Source: an uncultured Gammaproteobacteria bacterium
Lineage (GTDB): Bacteria > Pseudomonadota > Gammaproteobacteria > Magnimaribacterales > Magnimaribacteraceae
Direction: 5' to 3'
Length of the DNA: 64,000 nt
Assembly: GCA_913045055.1 (NCBI GenBank)
Contig: CAJWPI010000005.1
Coordinates: 3,675-67,674, forward strand
Of the stretch, positions 39,526-48,792 are shown piece by piece. Below the pieces are notes generated by a model. That model was not told the DNA's origin, made no database searches, and worked only from the letters and a program-made list of their open reading frames with translations. The number at the start of each line of letters is the position of its first letter. Positions within the stretch are counted from its first letter, which is position 1. Position numbers and translations under genes: made by a program.

Positions 39526-40110
39526 TTATTCTTTTAACATATGCCCCATAGACTCTTCTTTGACATCCAAATAATCTTTGTTATGTTCTGTTGGTTCAAC
39601 TACTAAAGGGATTCTCTCCTTTACTTCTATTCCAGAATCTCCTAGACCCTTAACTTTCTCTGGGTTATTAGTCATTAACCTAACACCGTTTATACCTAAC
39701 TCTGAAAGTATCTCACCACAAATAGAATAATCCCTTTGATCTGCTTCAAAACCTAACTTTTCATTTGCTTCAATCGTGTTTAACCCTTGGTCCTGCAGTT
39801 CATATGCTTTAATTTTATTTCCTAACCCAATCCCTCTTCCTTCTTGAGCCATATAAATTAATAATCCTTTCCCATTTTGAGCAATGATTTTAAGAGCTAA
39901 TTGAAGTTGGTCACCACAATCACACCTCAAACTAAAAAGAGTATCTCCAGTAAGGCACTGTGAATGTATTCTTAATAGAGGGTCCTTCTCTAGATTCCCT
40001 AATGAGACCACTGAATGTTCCTTTTTACTTTCGATCTCTCTGAACACGGATATGGAAAACTCAGCCCAGATTGTCGGTAATTTTGCTTTAGCTACTAGTT
40101 CAATATTCAA
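39526..40110 (-). CDS. ribA: GTP cyclohydrolase II
   Basis: RIHSQCLTGDTLFSLRCDCG zinc motif, QEGRGIGL, MTNNPEK. Confidence 0.96.
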   Translation of the reverse strand: MNIELVAKAKLPTIWAEFSISVFREIESKKEHSVVSLGNLEKDPLLRIHSQCLTGDTLFSLRCDCGDQLQLALKIIAQNGKGLLIYMAQEGRGIGLGNKIKAYELQDQGLNTIEANEKLGFEADQRDYSICGEILSELGINGVRLMTNNPEKVKGLGDSGIEVKERIPLVVEPTEHNKDYLDVKEESMGHMLKE

Positions 40111-40144
40111 AAAACTTCCTTATTTATCAATTAGAGAATGTAGT

Positions 40145-40633
40145 TTAAGCTAGGAGATAAAGAGTTAAAACTAAAATTATCGAAGTAAAAATACCTGCAA
40201 CTACATCATCCATCATAACTCCAAAAGGCCCCTCCATTAAATCAAACTCTCTTATAATCCAAGGCTTCCATATATCAAAAAATCTAAAAAAAATTATTGC
40301 AACAATTAACCAAACCCAAGTTAGTTCAAAGAAGCTTAGTGGTAAGCAAGCTATCCACATACCAACAAATTCATCCCAAACAAAGAAACTAGGATCCTTA
40401 ATATCTCCTGAAGACTGAGGAAAGATAAACAATCCAAAAAAGAAGGCCAAAATAATAAAGACAACATAGAAAGAAATACTTAAAAAACTATCTAGATTAG
40501 GATCTATCAATATCAAGTAGATTAGAGCAGCTAAAATACTAGCAAAAGTTCCTGGAGCTAAAGGAATTAACCCTGACCCAAATCCTATTGAAAACCAATT
40601 TAAAGGGTTTTTAAGATTTAAATTTTTTCTCAT
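40145..40633 (-). CDS. pgpA: Phosphatidylglycerophosphatase A
   Basis: GFGSGL..APGT, DP..VWDEFVG, FRFFDIWKP, GVMMDDVVAG. Confidence 0.95.
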   Translation of the reverse strand: MRKNLNLKNPLNWFSIGFGSGLIPLAPGTFASILAALIYLILIDPNLDSFLSISFYVVFIILAFFFGLFIFPQSSGDIKDPSFFVWDEFVGMWIACLPLSFFELTWVWLIVAIIFFRFFDIWKPWIIREFDLMEGPFGVMMDDVVAGIFTSIILVLTLYLLA

Positions 40634-40639
40634 TTATTA

Positions 40640-41590
40640 TTAAAAATGCTTATATCCTGACTCTATTTCTAACTCTAGCCCATCTTCAGAAATTACTCTT
40701 ACTTCTCTTCCTTTAACCGTTTCTCCTATTACAGTAATAGGAATGTTAAGATCTTTTGAAATTTTATTTATACGTTTTTTTTGCAGAGGATCCGCAGTAA
40801 AACATATCTCATAATCATCGCCAGAGTTAATGTACTCAATTTTTGCTCTTTTAAGATCATAGAAAGGTATGTCTTTAAGGTAAACATTAGCTCCCAAATT
40901 ACTTTCTTTACATATATGTTGTAAGTCTTGAATCAAACCATCTGAAATATCTATTGCAGAATTAGCAATGCCAATAATTTCTTTTCCTATAGAAATTCTT
41001 GCTTTTGGTCTAAGATATCGCGAGTTATTCTTTTTGAAACCTTTCTTCTCTTTGCGTAAAGACGTGAGATCATTCGTTGCACTTCCAATAGAACCCGAAA
41101 GAAATATTAAATCTCCTTCTTTCGCTCCTTTGCGACTAATAAATTTTCCTCGATCTACTATTCCTCCAACATGCACTGTTATAGATAAGCCTCCTCTTGT
41201 GGTGTCTCCCCCTATAAGTGGAATTTTGAATTCATCAGACACATCAATCAAGCCCTGTCTAAAAGAGGTTAACCAATCTTTACTTTTATCCTTCAGAGTG
41301 ATTGAGAGCATAAACCAAGAAGGGGAAGCTCCACATGCAGCTAAATCACTTAAAGCAATTGCTACAGAACGATAGGCTATATCTTTTGGTTCCATCCAAT
41401 TAAAAAAATGTACCCCCTCAAGTGCTGTATCTACTGATTGGACTGAATCTTTATTTTCTGGAGTGTTTATTAAAGTTGCATCGTCCCCTATAGAAAGACT
41501 TATTCCATTCTTTTTAAGGTAAGAAGAACCAATATCAGAGAAATACTCTTGAATTAACTCGTATTCACCTAAGGAGTTTTCAAACTCCAA
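40640..41590 (-). CDS. thiL: Thiamine-monophosphate kinase
   Basis: GEYELI, IGDDA, EGVHF, LSDLAACGA, GGDTT, IDISDGL, GDDYEICFT. Start uncertain: TTG at 41590 chosen because the ORF-track start at 41650 lies inside the thiolase gene. Confidence 0.92.
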   Translation of the reverse strand: MEFENSLGEYELIQEYFSDIGSSYLKKNGISLSIGDDATLINTPENKDSVQSVDTALEGVHFFNWMEPKDIAYRSVAIALSDLAACGASPSWFMLSITLKDKSKDWLTSFRQGLIDVSDEFKIPLIGGDTTRGGLSITVHVGGIVDRGKFISRKGAKEGDLIFLSGSIGSATNDLTSLRKEKKGFKKNNSRYLRPKARISIGKEIIGIANSAIDISDGLIQDLQHICKESNLGANVYLKDIPFYDLKRAKIEYINSGDDYEICFTADPLQKKRINKISKDLNIPITVIGETVKGREVRVISEDGLELEIESGYKHF

Positions 41591-41594
41591 ACTT

Positions 41595-42791
41595 TTATTT
41601 TTCAGGAATTGATTCAAATAAACCTGCGGCTCCCATTCCCCCTCCAACACACATTGTCACAATGCCGTATTTTCCTTCTCTTCTTCTTAACTCCCTTGAT
41701 ATATGTCCTACCTGTCTTGATCCAGTCATTCCAAAAGGGTGACCTATAGCAATCGATCCTCCATTAACATTAAGTTTTTCCATCGGTAGACCAAGTTTAT
41801 CTCTTATGTAAACTACTTGAGAAGCAAAAGCCTCGTTAAGCTCCCAAAGATCTATATCATCCTGATTCAAGCCAGCAGATTTCAGTAGTTTTGGAATTGC
41901 GAAAACAGGTCCAATACCCATTTCATCTGGTTGACAACCCACAACTGTAAAACCCCTAAAATAAGCAAGAGGATTTAATCCTAACTCTTTAGCTTTGTCT
42001 TCACTCATTACTAATGTTACAGAAGCCCCATCTGATAATTGAGAAGAATTACCAGCAGTCACGCTACCATTTTCAGGGTCAAAAACTGGATTTAAACTAG
42101 CCAAACCTTCTAAAGTTGTTTCAGGTCTATTACAGTTATCTCTATCTACTACTTCATCTATTTCTTTTTCAGCTCCAGTTTCTTTATTTTTGAGTAACAT
42201 CTTAGTATTCATTGGAATTATCTCATCATCAAACAAACCTTGGTCTTGTGCTTTTGCAGTCCTCTTTTGACTAGATAAAGAGTATTCATCTTGGGATTCT
42301 CTTGAAACATTATATGTTTTAGCTACTTTCTCAGCGGTTGTACCCATGGCATGATAAATACCTGGTGAAGTCTCAGCTAGCTTTTCATTTACAAACATAT
42401 GGGTATTTGTATTCCCTTGAACAGTACTTATAGATTCAACTCCTCCACCAATTATGCAATCAGCAAATCCGCTTTGAACTTGAGTCGCTGCCATAGCTAC
42501 AGTCTGTAGGCCTGACGAACAGTATCTATTAACTGTCACTCCTCCTGCTTCAATTGGTAGTTTAGAAAGCACAGCAACATTTCTAGCTATATTATGACCT
42601 TGAGGTCCCTCTGGATTCCCACAACCAAGGTAAATATCTTCAACTATAGAAGGATCTACTTGAGGATTCCTTTCTAATAAAGCATCAACTATATGTGCCG
42701 TCATATCATCAGCTCGAGTTTGATTAAAGCCGCCTCTAAAGGATTTAGCTAATCCTGTTCTAACGCTGTCCACTACAACTGCATTGCGCAT
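41595..42791 (-). CDS. Acetyl-CoA C-acyltransferase (thiolase)
   Basis: NRYCSSGL, NEAFA, GHPFGMTG, MCVGGGMG. Confidence 0.95.
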   Translation of the reverse strand: MRNAVVVDSVRTGLAKSFRGGFNQTRADDMTAHIVDALLERNPQVDPSIVEDIYLGCGNPEGPQGHNIARNVAVLSKLPIEAGGVTVNRYCSSGLQTVAMAATQVQSGFADCIIGGGVESISTVQGNTNTHMFVNEKLAETSPGIYHAMGTTAEKVAKTYNVSRESQDEYSLSSQKRTAKAQDQGLFDDEIIPMNTKMLLKNKETGAEKEIDEVVDRDNCNRPETTLEGLASLNPVFDPENGSVTAGNSSQLSDGASVTLVMSEDKAKELGLNPLAYFRGFTVVGCQPDEMGIGPVFAIPKLLKSAGLNQDDIDLWELNEAFASQVVYIRDKLGLPMEKLNVNGGSIAIGHPFGMTGSRQVGHISRELRRREGKYGIVTMCVGGGMGAAGLFESIPEK

Positions 42792-42836
42792 ATTATTCTC
42801 CAGTATTTTATTAAATATATTTTATTAGGGCGGCTG

Positions 42837-42865
42837 ATGTTAGGTGAGAGAAGCAGAATAATCAA
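42837..42865 (-). promoter_or_regulatory. Putative sigma-70 promoter for the thiolase-thiL-pgpA-ribA unit
   Basis: Minus strand TTGATT-N17-TAACAT about 45 nt upstream of the thiolase ATG, with a GGAG RBS downstream. Confidence 0.45.
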
Positions 42866-42886
42866 GCAAATCAAGGGTATTATTTG

Positions 42887-43180
42887 TTACTTCATAGAGT
42901 CCTTAAACCACTCAGGAATAATATCGACGTTATATCTCTTTGATAATTTTAAAATAAATGGAATAGTTATTGGAGAAAAGGGCAATGAAGTCAACAGCCC
43001 AAACCCTAAGTCTTTTAATAATTCTTTGAGTTGATTATTAGCAATTTGTAAATCTTTCTTATCGGCCTCTCCTTTTGAATAAAGGTAAAAGGTTTTAAGC
43101 ATTTCTTTATTAGACTCAGACTCATTATTAAAGGTTGCTTTTAAAAGCAATAAATAACGTATAAGCTTTTTTTTAAACAT
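42887..43180 (-). CDS. Hypothetical small protein with a C-terminal hydrophobic segment
   Basis: 97-aa ATG ORF that fills the gap; LGFGLLTSLPFSPITIPFIL segment. Confidence 0.7.
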   Translation of the reverse strand: MFKKKLIRYLLLLKATFNNESESNKEMLKTFYLYSKGEADKKDLQIANNQLKELLKDLGFGLLTSLPFSPITIPFILKLSKRYNVDIIPEWFKDSMK

Positions 43181-43263
43181 GAAGAGATTATAACTCTAAT
43201 AAATTAATGTGTTGAATAAGCCAATTGATTACATCATCACAATTTGTAAATATAGATCTGTTA

Positions 43264-43917
43264 ATGAATAAAACACAAAGGATTACCTTTATATCTGATA
43301 CTCTCAATGAGATCTATCCTGACCCCCCTATTCCCTTATCTCACAGCTCTACTTTTACTTTGTTAATAGCAGTCATCCTCTCAGCTCAATGCACTGATAA
43401 AAGGGTTAACCAAGTAACCCCGTCGTTATTCTTAAAAGGAAAAAAACCTTCAGATATGATTAAAATGGGTAAGCAAAATATTCAAAAAATTATCAAGCCA
43501 TGTGGTTTATCACCCCAAAAATCTAAGGCAATCTTTGAACTCTCTATTATTCTAATAAAAAAATATGGTGGAAAGGTACCTGAGTCTTTTGAAGAATTAG
43601 AATCATTACCTGGTGTTGGACATAAAACAGCATCAGTAGTTATGTCTCAAGCTTTTAATCACCCTGCTTTTCCAGTTGATACTCATGTACATAGACTTGC
43701 TCAAAGATGGAGACTTACAAACGGGAAAAGTGTAAAAAAAACTGAGGAAGATCTCAAGAGGCTTTTCCCAGTTTCAGAATGGAACAAACTACATATTCAG
43801 TTCATTCTCTACGGCAGAGAATATTGTCAAGCTAGAAAATGTTACGGTATAGAATGCCAAATATGCAAAGAATGTAATCCAAATAGAAAGAGTCGAATAA
43901 TTACAAATAAAGCCTAA
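43264..43917 (+). CDS. nth: Endonuclease III
   Basis: LSAQCTDKRVN, HhH LPGVGHKTA, FPVDTHVHR; start at ATG 43264. Confidence 0.94.
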   Translation: MNKTQRITFISDTLNEIYPDPPIPLSHSSTFTLLIAVILSAQCTDKRVNQVTPSLFLKGKKPSDMIKMGKQNIQKIIKPCGLSPQKSKAIFELSIILIKKYGGKVPESFEELESLPGVGHKTASVVMSQAFNHPAFPVDTHVHRLAQRWRLTNGKSVKKTEEDLKRLFPVSEWNKLHIQFILYGREYCQARKCYGIECQICKECNPNRKSRIITNKA

Positions 43918-43992
43918 ATATTCGGATGTGATATTGTATGGCCTTAGGTATAATTCTCTAAATCACAATCCCAAAAATGGAGTAAAAATAAT

Positions 43993-45246
43993 ATGTTGGA
44001 AAATTCTCTTTCACTTAAGGAATTTGATCCTGAAATATGGGAATCTGTTATTAAAGAATCAACAAGACAAGAAGATCATATTGAACTTATTGCTTCTGAG
44101 AATTATGCATCCAAAAGAGTTTTAGAAGCTCAAGGATCTGTCCTTACTAATAAGTATGCAGAAGGTTACCCAGGAAAAAGATATTATGGTGGATGTGAAT
44201 TTGTAGATATTGCTGAAGACTTAGCTATTGAAAGAGCGAAAGAACTCTTTGGGGCAGATTATGCAAATGTTCAACCTCATTCCGGAAGCAGTGCTAACTT
44301 AGCAGTCTATCTAGCTCTTTGCTCTCCTGGAGATGTTATTCTAGGAATGAGTCTTGATCATGGCGGCCATTTAACACATGGAACTAATGTAAACTTCTCA
44401 GGTAAGATTTATACAGCTTATCAGTATGGATTGAATAAGGAGACAGGAGAAATTGATTATGAAGAAGTTGATTCTCTAGCAAGAAAACATAAACCTAAAC
44501 TTATTATTGCTGGTTTTTCTGCTTATTCTGGAATAGTTGACTGGGAGAGATTTAGATCAATTGCTGATGAAGTAGGAGCTTATTTTTTAGTAGATATGGC
44601 TCACGTTGCTGGTCTTATAGCAGCTGAACTTTACCCCTCTCCAATTCCTTTTGCAGATGTAGTTACAACTACTACGCATAAAACTTTAAGAGGACCGCGT
44701 GGTGGTTTAATCCTGGCTAAACAAAATGAAGAAATAGAAAAGAAAATTAATTCCTCAATTATACCTGGCTCTCAAGGTGGTCCTTTAATGCATGTTATAG
44801 CTGCTAAGGCAGTTTGCTTTAAAGAAGCCTTACAATCAAACTTTACAACTTATCAGGAGCAAGTTTTAAAAAACGCTGAAGTCATGTGCAAAGTCTTTAT
44901 GAACAGAGGGATTGAGATAGTTTCAAATGGAACAAAGAACCATATGTTCTTGGTAGATTTAATTAAAAAAGATATAACTGGAAAAAATGCTGAGGAAGTT
45001 TTAAGCAAAACTAACATCACAGTAAATAAGAACGCTGTTCCTAATGATCCCCAGCCAAGATTTATAACTAGCGGCCTAAGAATAGGCACCCCAGCATCCA
45101 CTACCAGAGGTTTTAAAGAAGAAGAAATAGAGTTAGTAGCAGCTTGGATTTGTGACATATTAGATGATATTGGCAACGGGAAGTTAACTAATAAGATTAC
45201 AGAGCAGGTTAAAGAGTTATGCTCAAGTTTTCCTGTTTATAAATAA
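43993..45246 (+). CDS. glyA: Serine hydroxymethyltransferase
   Basis: [40 protein letters not shown]. Confidence 0.98.
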   Translation: MLENSLSLKEFDPEIWESVIKESTRQEDHIELIASENYASKRVLEAQGSVLTNKYAEGYPGKRYYGGCEFVDIAEDLAIERAKELFGADYANVQPHSGSSANLAVYLALCSPGDVILGMSLDHGGHLTHGTNVNFSGKIYTAYQYGLNKETGEIDYEEVDSLARKHKPKLIIAGFSAYSGIVDWERFRSIADEVGAYFLVDMAHVAGLIAAELYPSPIPFADVVTTTTHKTLRGPRGGLILAKQNEEIEKKINSSIIPGSQGGPLMHVIAAKAVCFKEALQSNFTTYQEQVLKNAEVMCKVFMNRGIEIVSNGTKNHMFLVDLIKKDITGKNAEEVLSKTNITVNKNAVPNDPQPRFITSGLRIGTPASTTRGFKEEEIELVAAWICDILDDIGNGKLTNKITEQVKELCSSFPVYK

Positions 45247-45247
45247 A

Positions 45248-45703
45248 ATGCATTGTCCATATTGTAGTTATTCTGATACGAAAGTAATTGACTCCAGACT
45301 AATTTCTGAAGGTCTTCAAACGAGAAGAAGAAGGGAATGTACGGAATGCGGAGAAAGATTTACTACTTTTGAATCTGCAGAACTTCTTATGCCTAAAGTT
45401 ATCAAACAAAAAAATAATACTAGAGAGCCTTTCAATGAACAGAAATTAAGAGAAGGTTTATATAGATCTCTTGAAAAGAGACCAGTTGGAGATGAAGAGA
45501 TAGAAAAATTAATAGAAGATATAAAAAAAGATATCAGAGCATCAGGAGAAAGAGAAGTTCCCTCTAGATTAATTGGAGAAGCAGTTATGAAAAACCTCAG
45601 AAAAATTGATGAGGTAGCTTTCATAAGATTTGCTTCTGTATATAGAAGATTTGAAGATATTACTGAGTTTAGTGAAGAAGTAGAAAAACTTACCAACGAC
45701 TAA
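45248..45703 (+). CDS. nrdR: Transcriptional repressor NrdR
   Basis: [26 protein letters not shown] cone, RFASVYR. Confidence 0.97.
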   Translation: MHCPYCSYSDTKVIDSRLISEGLQTRRRRECTECGERFTTFESAELLMPKVIKQKNNTREPFNEQKLREGLYRSLEKRPVGDEEIEKLIEDIKKDIRASGEREVPSRLIGEAVMKNLRKIDEVAFIRFASVYRRFEDITEFSEEVEKLTND

Positions 45704-45705
45704 CT

Positions 45706-46800
45706 ATGACTGAAGAAGAAGGTCATATGATGCATGCCCTAGAACTTGCACAAAGAGGTTCTTATTTAGCCAGTCCTAATCCTCTAGTTGGGTGTGTGAT
45801 AGTTAAAAATGCGAAAGTAATTGGTAGAGGCTGGCATAAAAAGCCCGGAACAGAGCATGCTGAAATTAATGCTCTATCTGATGTAAGGAGAAAATTTGGC
45901 ACTAACGCTAGCGAAATACTAAAAGGTAGTGAACTGTACGTAAATCTTGAACCTTGTTCACAAAAGGGTAGAACACCCCCTTGTTGTAAATCTATAATAA
46001 AGTCAGGAATTAAAAAGATTTTTATTGCTTCTAAAGATCCTATGCAAAAAGGCCTAGAAGAATTAGCAACTAATAATATAGAAGTTAACTTAGGCCTATT
46101 ACAGGATAAAGCTGAAGAATTAAATAAAGGATTCTTTTCAAGATTAAATAAGGGAAGGCCGATGATTACTTGTAAGTTAGCAATTAGTATGGACGGCGGT
46201 ATAGGATTAAAAAATGGTGAGAGTAAATGGATCTCTTCTCTTGAATCTAGGAGTGATGTTCATGATATGAGAGCTAGAAGTGATGCTATATTGACTGGAA
46301 GTGGAACAATATTGAAAGATAATCCAAGATTAACTGTACGATTATTAGACAAAAATGTCTCTAGTTACTCTCAGCCTTTAAGATGTGTGGTGGATAGTGG
46401 TTTAAAGATTACTGGAAATGAAAATATTTTTTCTGATAATTTAAAAACAATCATTTTCTGCAACAGTGCTAAAAAAGAAATTAATACTCCTTCAAATATT
46501 GAGATAATAGAAAAACCAGATAAAGATGGCTTAGTGTCTCTAGTGGAAGTGTGTAAATACCTCGGTAAAACTGAGATTAATTATCTACTGGTAGAATCGG
46601 GACCTAGACTAGTAGGAGCTCTTCTTAAAGAAAAGCTTATTGATGAGTTTATACTATTCATTGCTCCAAAATTGATGGGAAAGGAAAAACTAAATTTTGC
46701 AAGAATTGAAAGAAGCATGAATAACATTAATCTTAAAATTCAAAGTATTGATGAAATAGGTGGAGACATTAAATTATTAGCTAGACCTCAATATAACTAA
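45706..46800 (+). CDS. ribD: Bifunctional riboflavin biosynthesis deaminase/reductase
   Basis: PNPLVG, HAE, LEPC..GRTPPC, GESKWIS, DNPRL, VESG. Confidence 0.95.
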   Translation: MTEEEGHMMHALELAQRGSYLASPNPLVGCVIVKNAKVIGRGWHKKPGTEHAEINALSDVRRKFGTNASEILKGSELYVNLEPCSQKGRTPPCCKSIIKSGIKKIFIASKDPMQKGLEELATNNIEVNLGLLQDKAEELNKGFFSRLNKGRPMITCKLAISMDGGIGLKNGESKWISSLESRSDVHDMRARSDAILTGSGTILKDNPRLTVRLLDKNVSSYSQPLRCVVDSGLKITGNENIFSDNLKTIIFCNSAKKEINTPSNIEIIEKPDKDGLVSLVEVCKYLGKTEINYLLVESGPRLVGALLKEKLIDEFILFIAPKLMGKEKLNFARIERSMNNINLKIQSIDEIGGDIKLLARPQYN

Positions 46801-46804
46801 AAAA

Positions 46805-47899
46805 ATGAAACTTAATACTACTCAAAATTTAATTTCTGATATTTCTGAGGGCAAGATGGTTATTCTCATGGATGATGAAGACAGAGAAAATGAAGGTGAT
46901 TTAATTCTAGGAGCAGAAAAGATTACACCTGAGATTATCAATTTTATGGCTACTCATGCACGAGGTCTTATTTGCTTAGCTTTAAATAAAGAAAGATGCT
47001 TTCAACTAAATCTTCAACCAATGGTTAGAGATAGTAGAAGCAAGCAAGGAACAGCTTTTACAGTGTCAATTGAAGCAGCTCAAGGAGTAACAACAGGTAT
47101 TTCTGCTTCTGATAGAGCAACCACTATTCTTGCAGCAGTTAAAAAAAATGCAAAACCTGAAGACATAGTTCAACCAGGACATGTTTTTCCTTTAACAGCA
47201 TCAGATGGAGGGGTTCTTACTAGAGCAGGCCATACAGAAGCTGGATTGGACTTAGCTAAATTGGCAGGTTTAGAACCTGCAGCGGTAATAGTAGAAATAA
47301 TGAACGAAGATGGAAGTATGGCCAGAAGACCAGATCTAGAAAGATTTGCAAAAAAGCATAACCTAAAAATAGGAACAATAGCTGATCTAATACACTATAG
47401 AAATATAAACGAAAAGAGCATTAAGAGAATCAATGAAACTTCAGTTTCTACAGAATTTGGAAATTTCAAGCTAACTGCTTATCAAGATTCCATTTTAAAT
47501 AGGACTCATTTAGCATTAACAAAAGGTACAATCTCCAACAAGAAAGAGACTCTAGTGAGGGTACATATAAGCAATTCTTTACATGATGTAATGGGAATAC
47601 AGGGATTTGGAAAAAGGTGGTCTTTCTCTAATGCAATGGAAAAAATAAATAAAGAAGGAATGGGAGTGTTGCTGCTGATATCTCAAGAAGAAACAGCAGA
47701 GACTATTTTAAATAACTTTAATTTTCTTAAAAGAAAGAAGAAATATTCTAGAAATGAAGCCCCAGACAATAGAATTGTTGGAATAGGAGCTCAGATTCTT
47801 AGAGATCTGGGGGTAAAGAAAATACGGCTTCTTGGTGCTCCTGTAAAATACCCTCTAGCAGGATTTGATCTTGAAATAACTGAATTTATTGCACCATAA
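46805..47899 (+). CDS. ribB: 3,4-dihydroxy-2-butanone-4-phosphate synthase fused to a degenerate GTP cyclohydrolase II-like domain (RibBX-type)
   Basis: DDEDRENEGD, FTVSIEA, PGHVFPL, RAGHTEA; the C-terminal domain lacks the zinc-binding cysteines. Confidence 0.93.
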   Translation: MKLNTTQNLISDISEGKMVILMDDEDRENEGDLILGAEKITPEIINFMATHARGLICLALNKERCFQLNLQPMVRDSRSKQGTAFTVSIEAAQGVTTGISASDRATTILAAVKKNAKPEDIVQPGHVFPLTASDGGVLTRAGHTEAGLDLAKLAGLEPAAVIVEIMNEDGSMARRPDLERFAKKHNLKIGTIADLIHYRNINEKSIKRINETSVSTEFGNFKLTAYQDSILNRTHLALTKGTISNKKETLVRVHISNSLHDVMGIQGFGKRWSFSNAMEKINKEGMGVLLLISQEETAETILNNFNFLKRKKKYSRNEAPDNRIVGIGAQILRDLGVKKIRLLGAPVKYPLAGFDLEITEFIAP

Positions 47900-47908
47900 A
47901 CCTAAAGA

Positions 47909-48388
47909 ATGTCAAAAAAAGGAAATATTTTAGTCGAGCCCTCTCACGAATCCAAAAGAGGGAAGTACGGTCTTATAACAACCCTGTGGAATAGAGACAT
48001 AGTTGAAGTTCTTTTCAAGAATGCAAAAGAAGAACTCTTGAAACAGGGTGTGCATAAAGAAAATATTTTTCACTTGGAAGTCCCTGGTGCTTTTGAATTA
48101 CCTTTGTCTGCAAAAAGATTGGGGAAAAGAAAGGACATAGATGCAATTATTGCCCTTGGAGCTATTATAAAGGGAGAAACTCCACACTTTGATATGATAG
48201 CTAATAGCTGTGCTACAGGTTTAATTAATGTTTCTTTGGATATTAATAAACCAGTAATATTTGGGGTTTTAACTACCAATAATTATGAACAAGCACTTGA
48301 AAGAGCAGACTCTAGAAAAGGCAATAAAGGGTCAGAAGCCGCTTTAAGTGCTATGTTACTTCTTGAGAACTTATCAAAAAATAAGTGA
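47909..48388 (+). CDS. ribH: 6,7-dimethyl-8-ribityllumazine synthase
   Basis: VPGAFELP, LGAIIKGETPHF, PVIFGVLT, NKGSEAA. Confidence 0.96.
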   Translation: MSKKGNILVEPSHESKRGKYGLITTLWNRDIVEVLFKNAKEELLKQGVHKENIFHLEVPGAFELPLSAKRLGKRKDIDAIIALGAIIKGETPHFDMIANSCATGLINVSLDINKPVIFGVLTTNNYEQALERADSRKGNKGSEAALSAMLLLENLSKNK

Positions 48389-48792
48389 ATATGCCTTCAA
48401 CTATCTCACCAACAAGATCTAGAGACAAAGTGCTTCAAAGTCTATATGAAGCTGATGTGGGAAGTAATTTATTAGATGAAGTAATTAGTAATAGACCAAA
48501 TGAAAAAAATAATACTTTTTTTCAGAATCATCTTCGGGGTGTTCTAAAATCTCTTGAAACTTTAGATAAAATTCTTGAAAAGAATTTACCAAGACCTCTT
48601 TCTCAACTAGACCCTATAGAAAGAAATATTCTCAGGATGTCTTTATTTGAGCTCCTAAATAATGAAACCAAAGATGTTATTGTAATAAGTGAAGCAATTC
48701 GTTTATCTAAAAAATATGGTTCTTCAAATGGATATAGATTTATAAACGCAATTCTAGATAAGTTAATTAAGGAGGGATTGGACCAAAATTAA
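48385..48792 (+). CDS. nusB: Transcription antitermination factor NusB
   Basis: LQSLYE, LDPIERNILR, VISEAIRLSKKYG, FINAILD; follows ribH. Confidence 0.9.
   Translation: MNMPSTISPTRSRDKVLQSLYEADVGSNLLDEVISNRPNEKNNTFFQNHLRGVLKSLETLDKILEKNLPRPLSQLDPIERNILRMSLFELLNNETKDVIVISEAIRLSKKYGSSNGYRFINAILDKLIKEGLDQN

Noticed and set aside
41591..41650. N-terminal extension of thiL in the ORF track
   Set aside because: Overlaps the thiolase 3' end in another frame; ThiL similarity begins at GEYELI
42825..42880. Relatively GC-rich intergenic patch considered as a riboswitch or small RNA
   Set aside because: No convincing stem or known aptamer motif; better explained as a sigma-70 promoter with its discriminator
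43928..44125. 65-aa plus-strand ORF overlapping the glyA start, considered as a leader peptide
   Set aside because: GTG start without an RBS, out of frame across glyA, and no Gly/Ser-rich attenuator features
41570..48774. TAAGGAG present near both proposed inversion ends (41570-41576 and 48768-48774)
   Set aside because: The copies are direct, not inverted, and a 7-mer match is expected by chance
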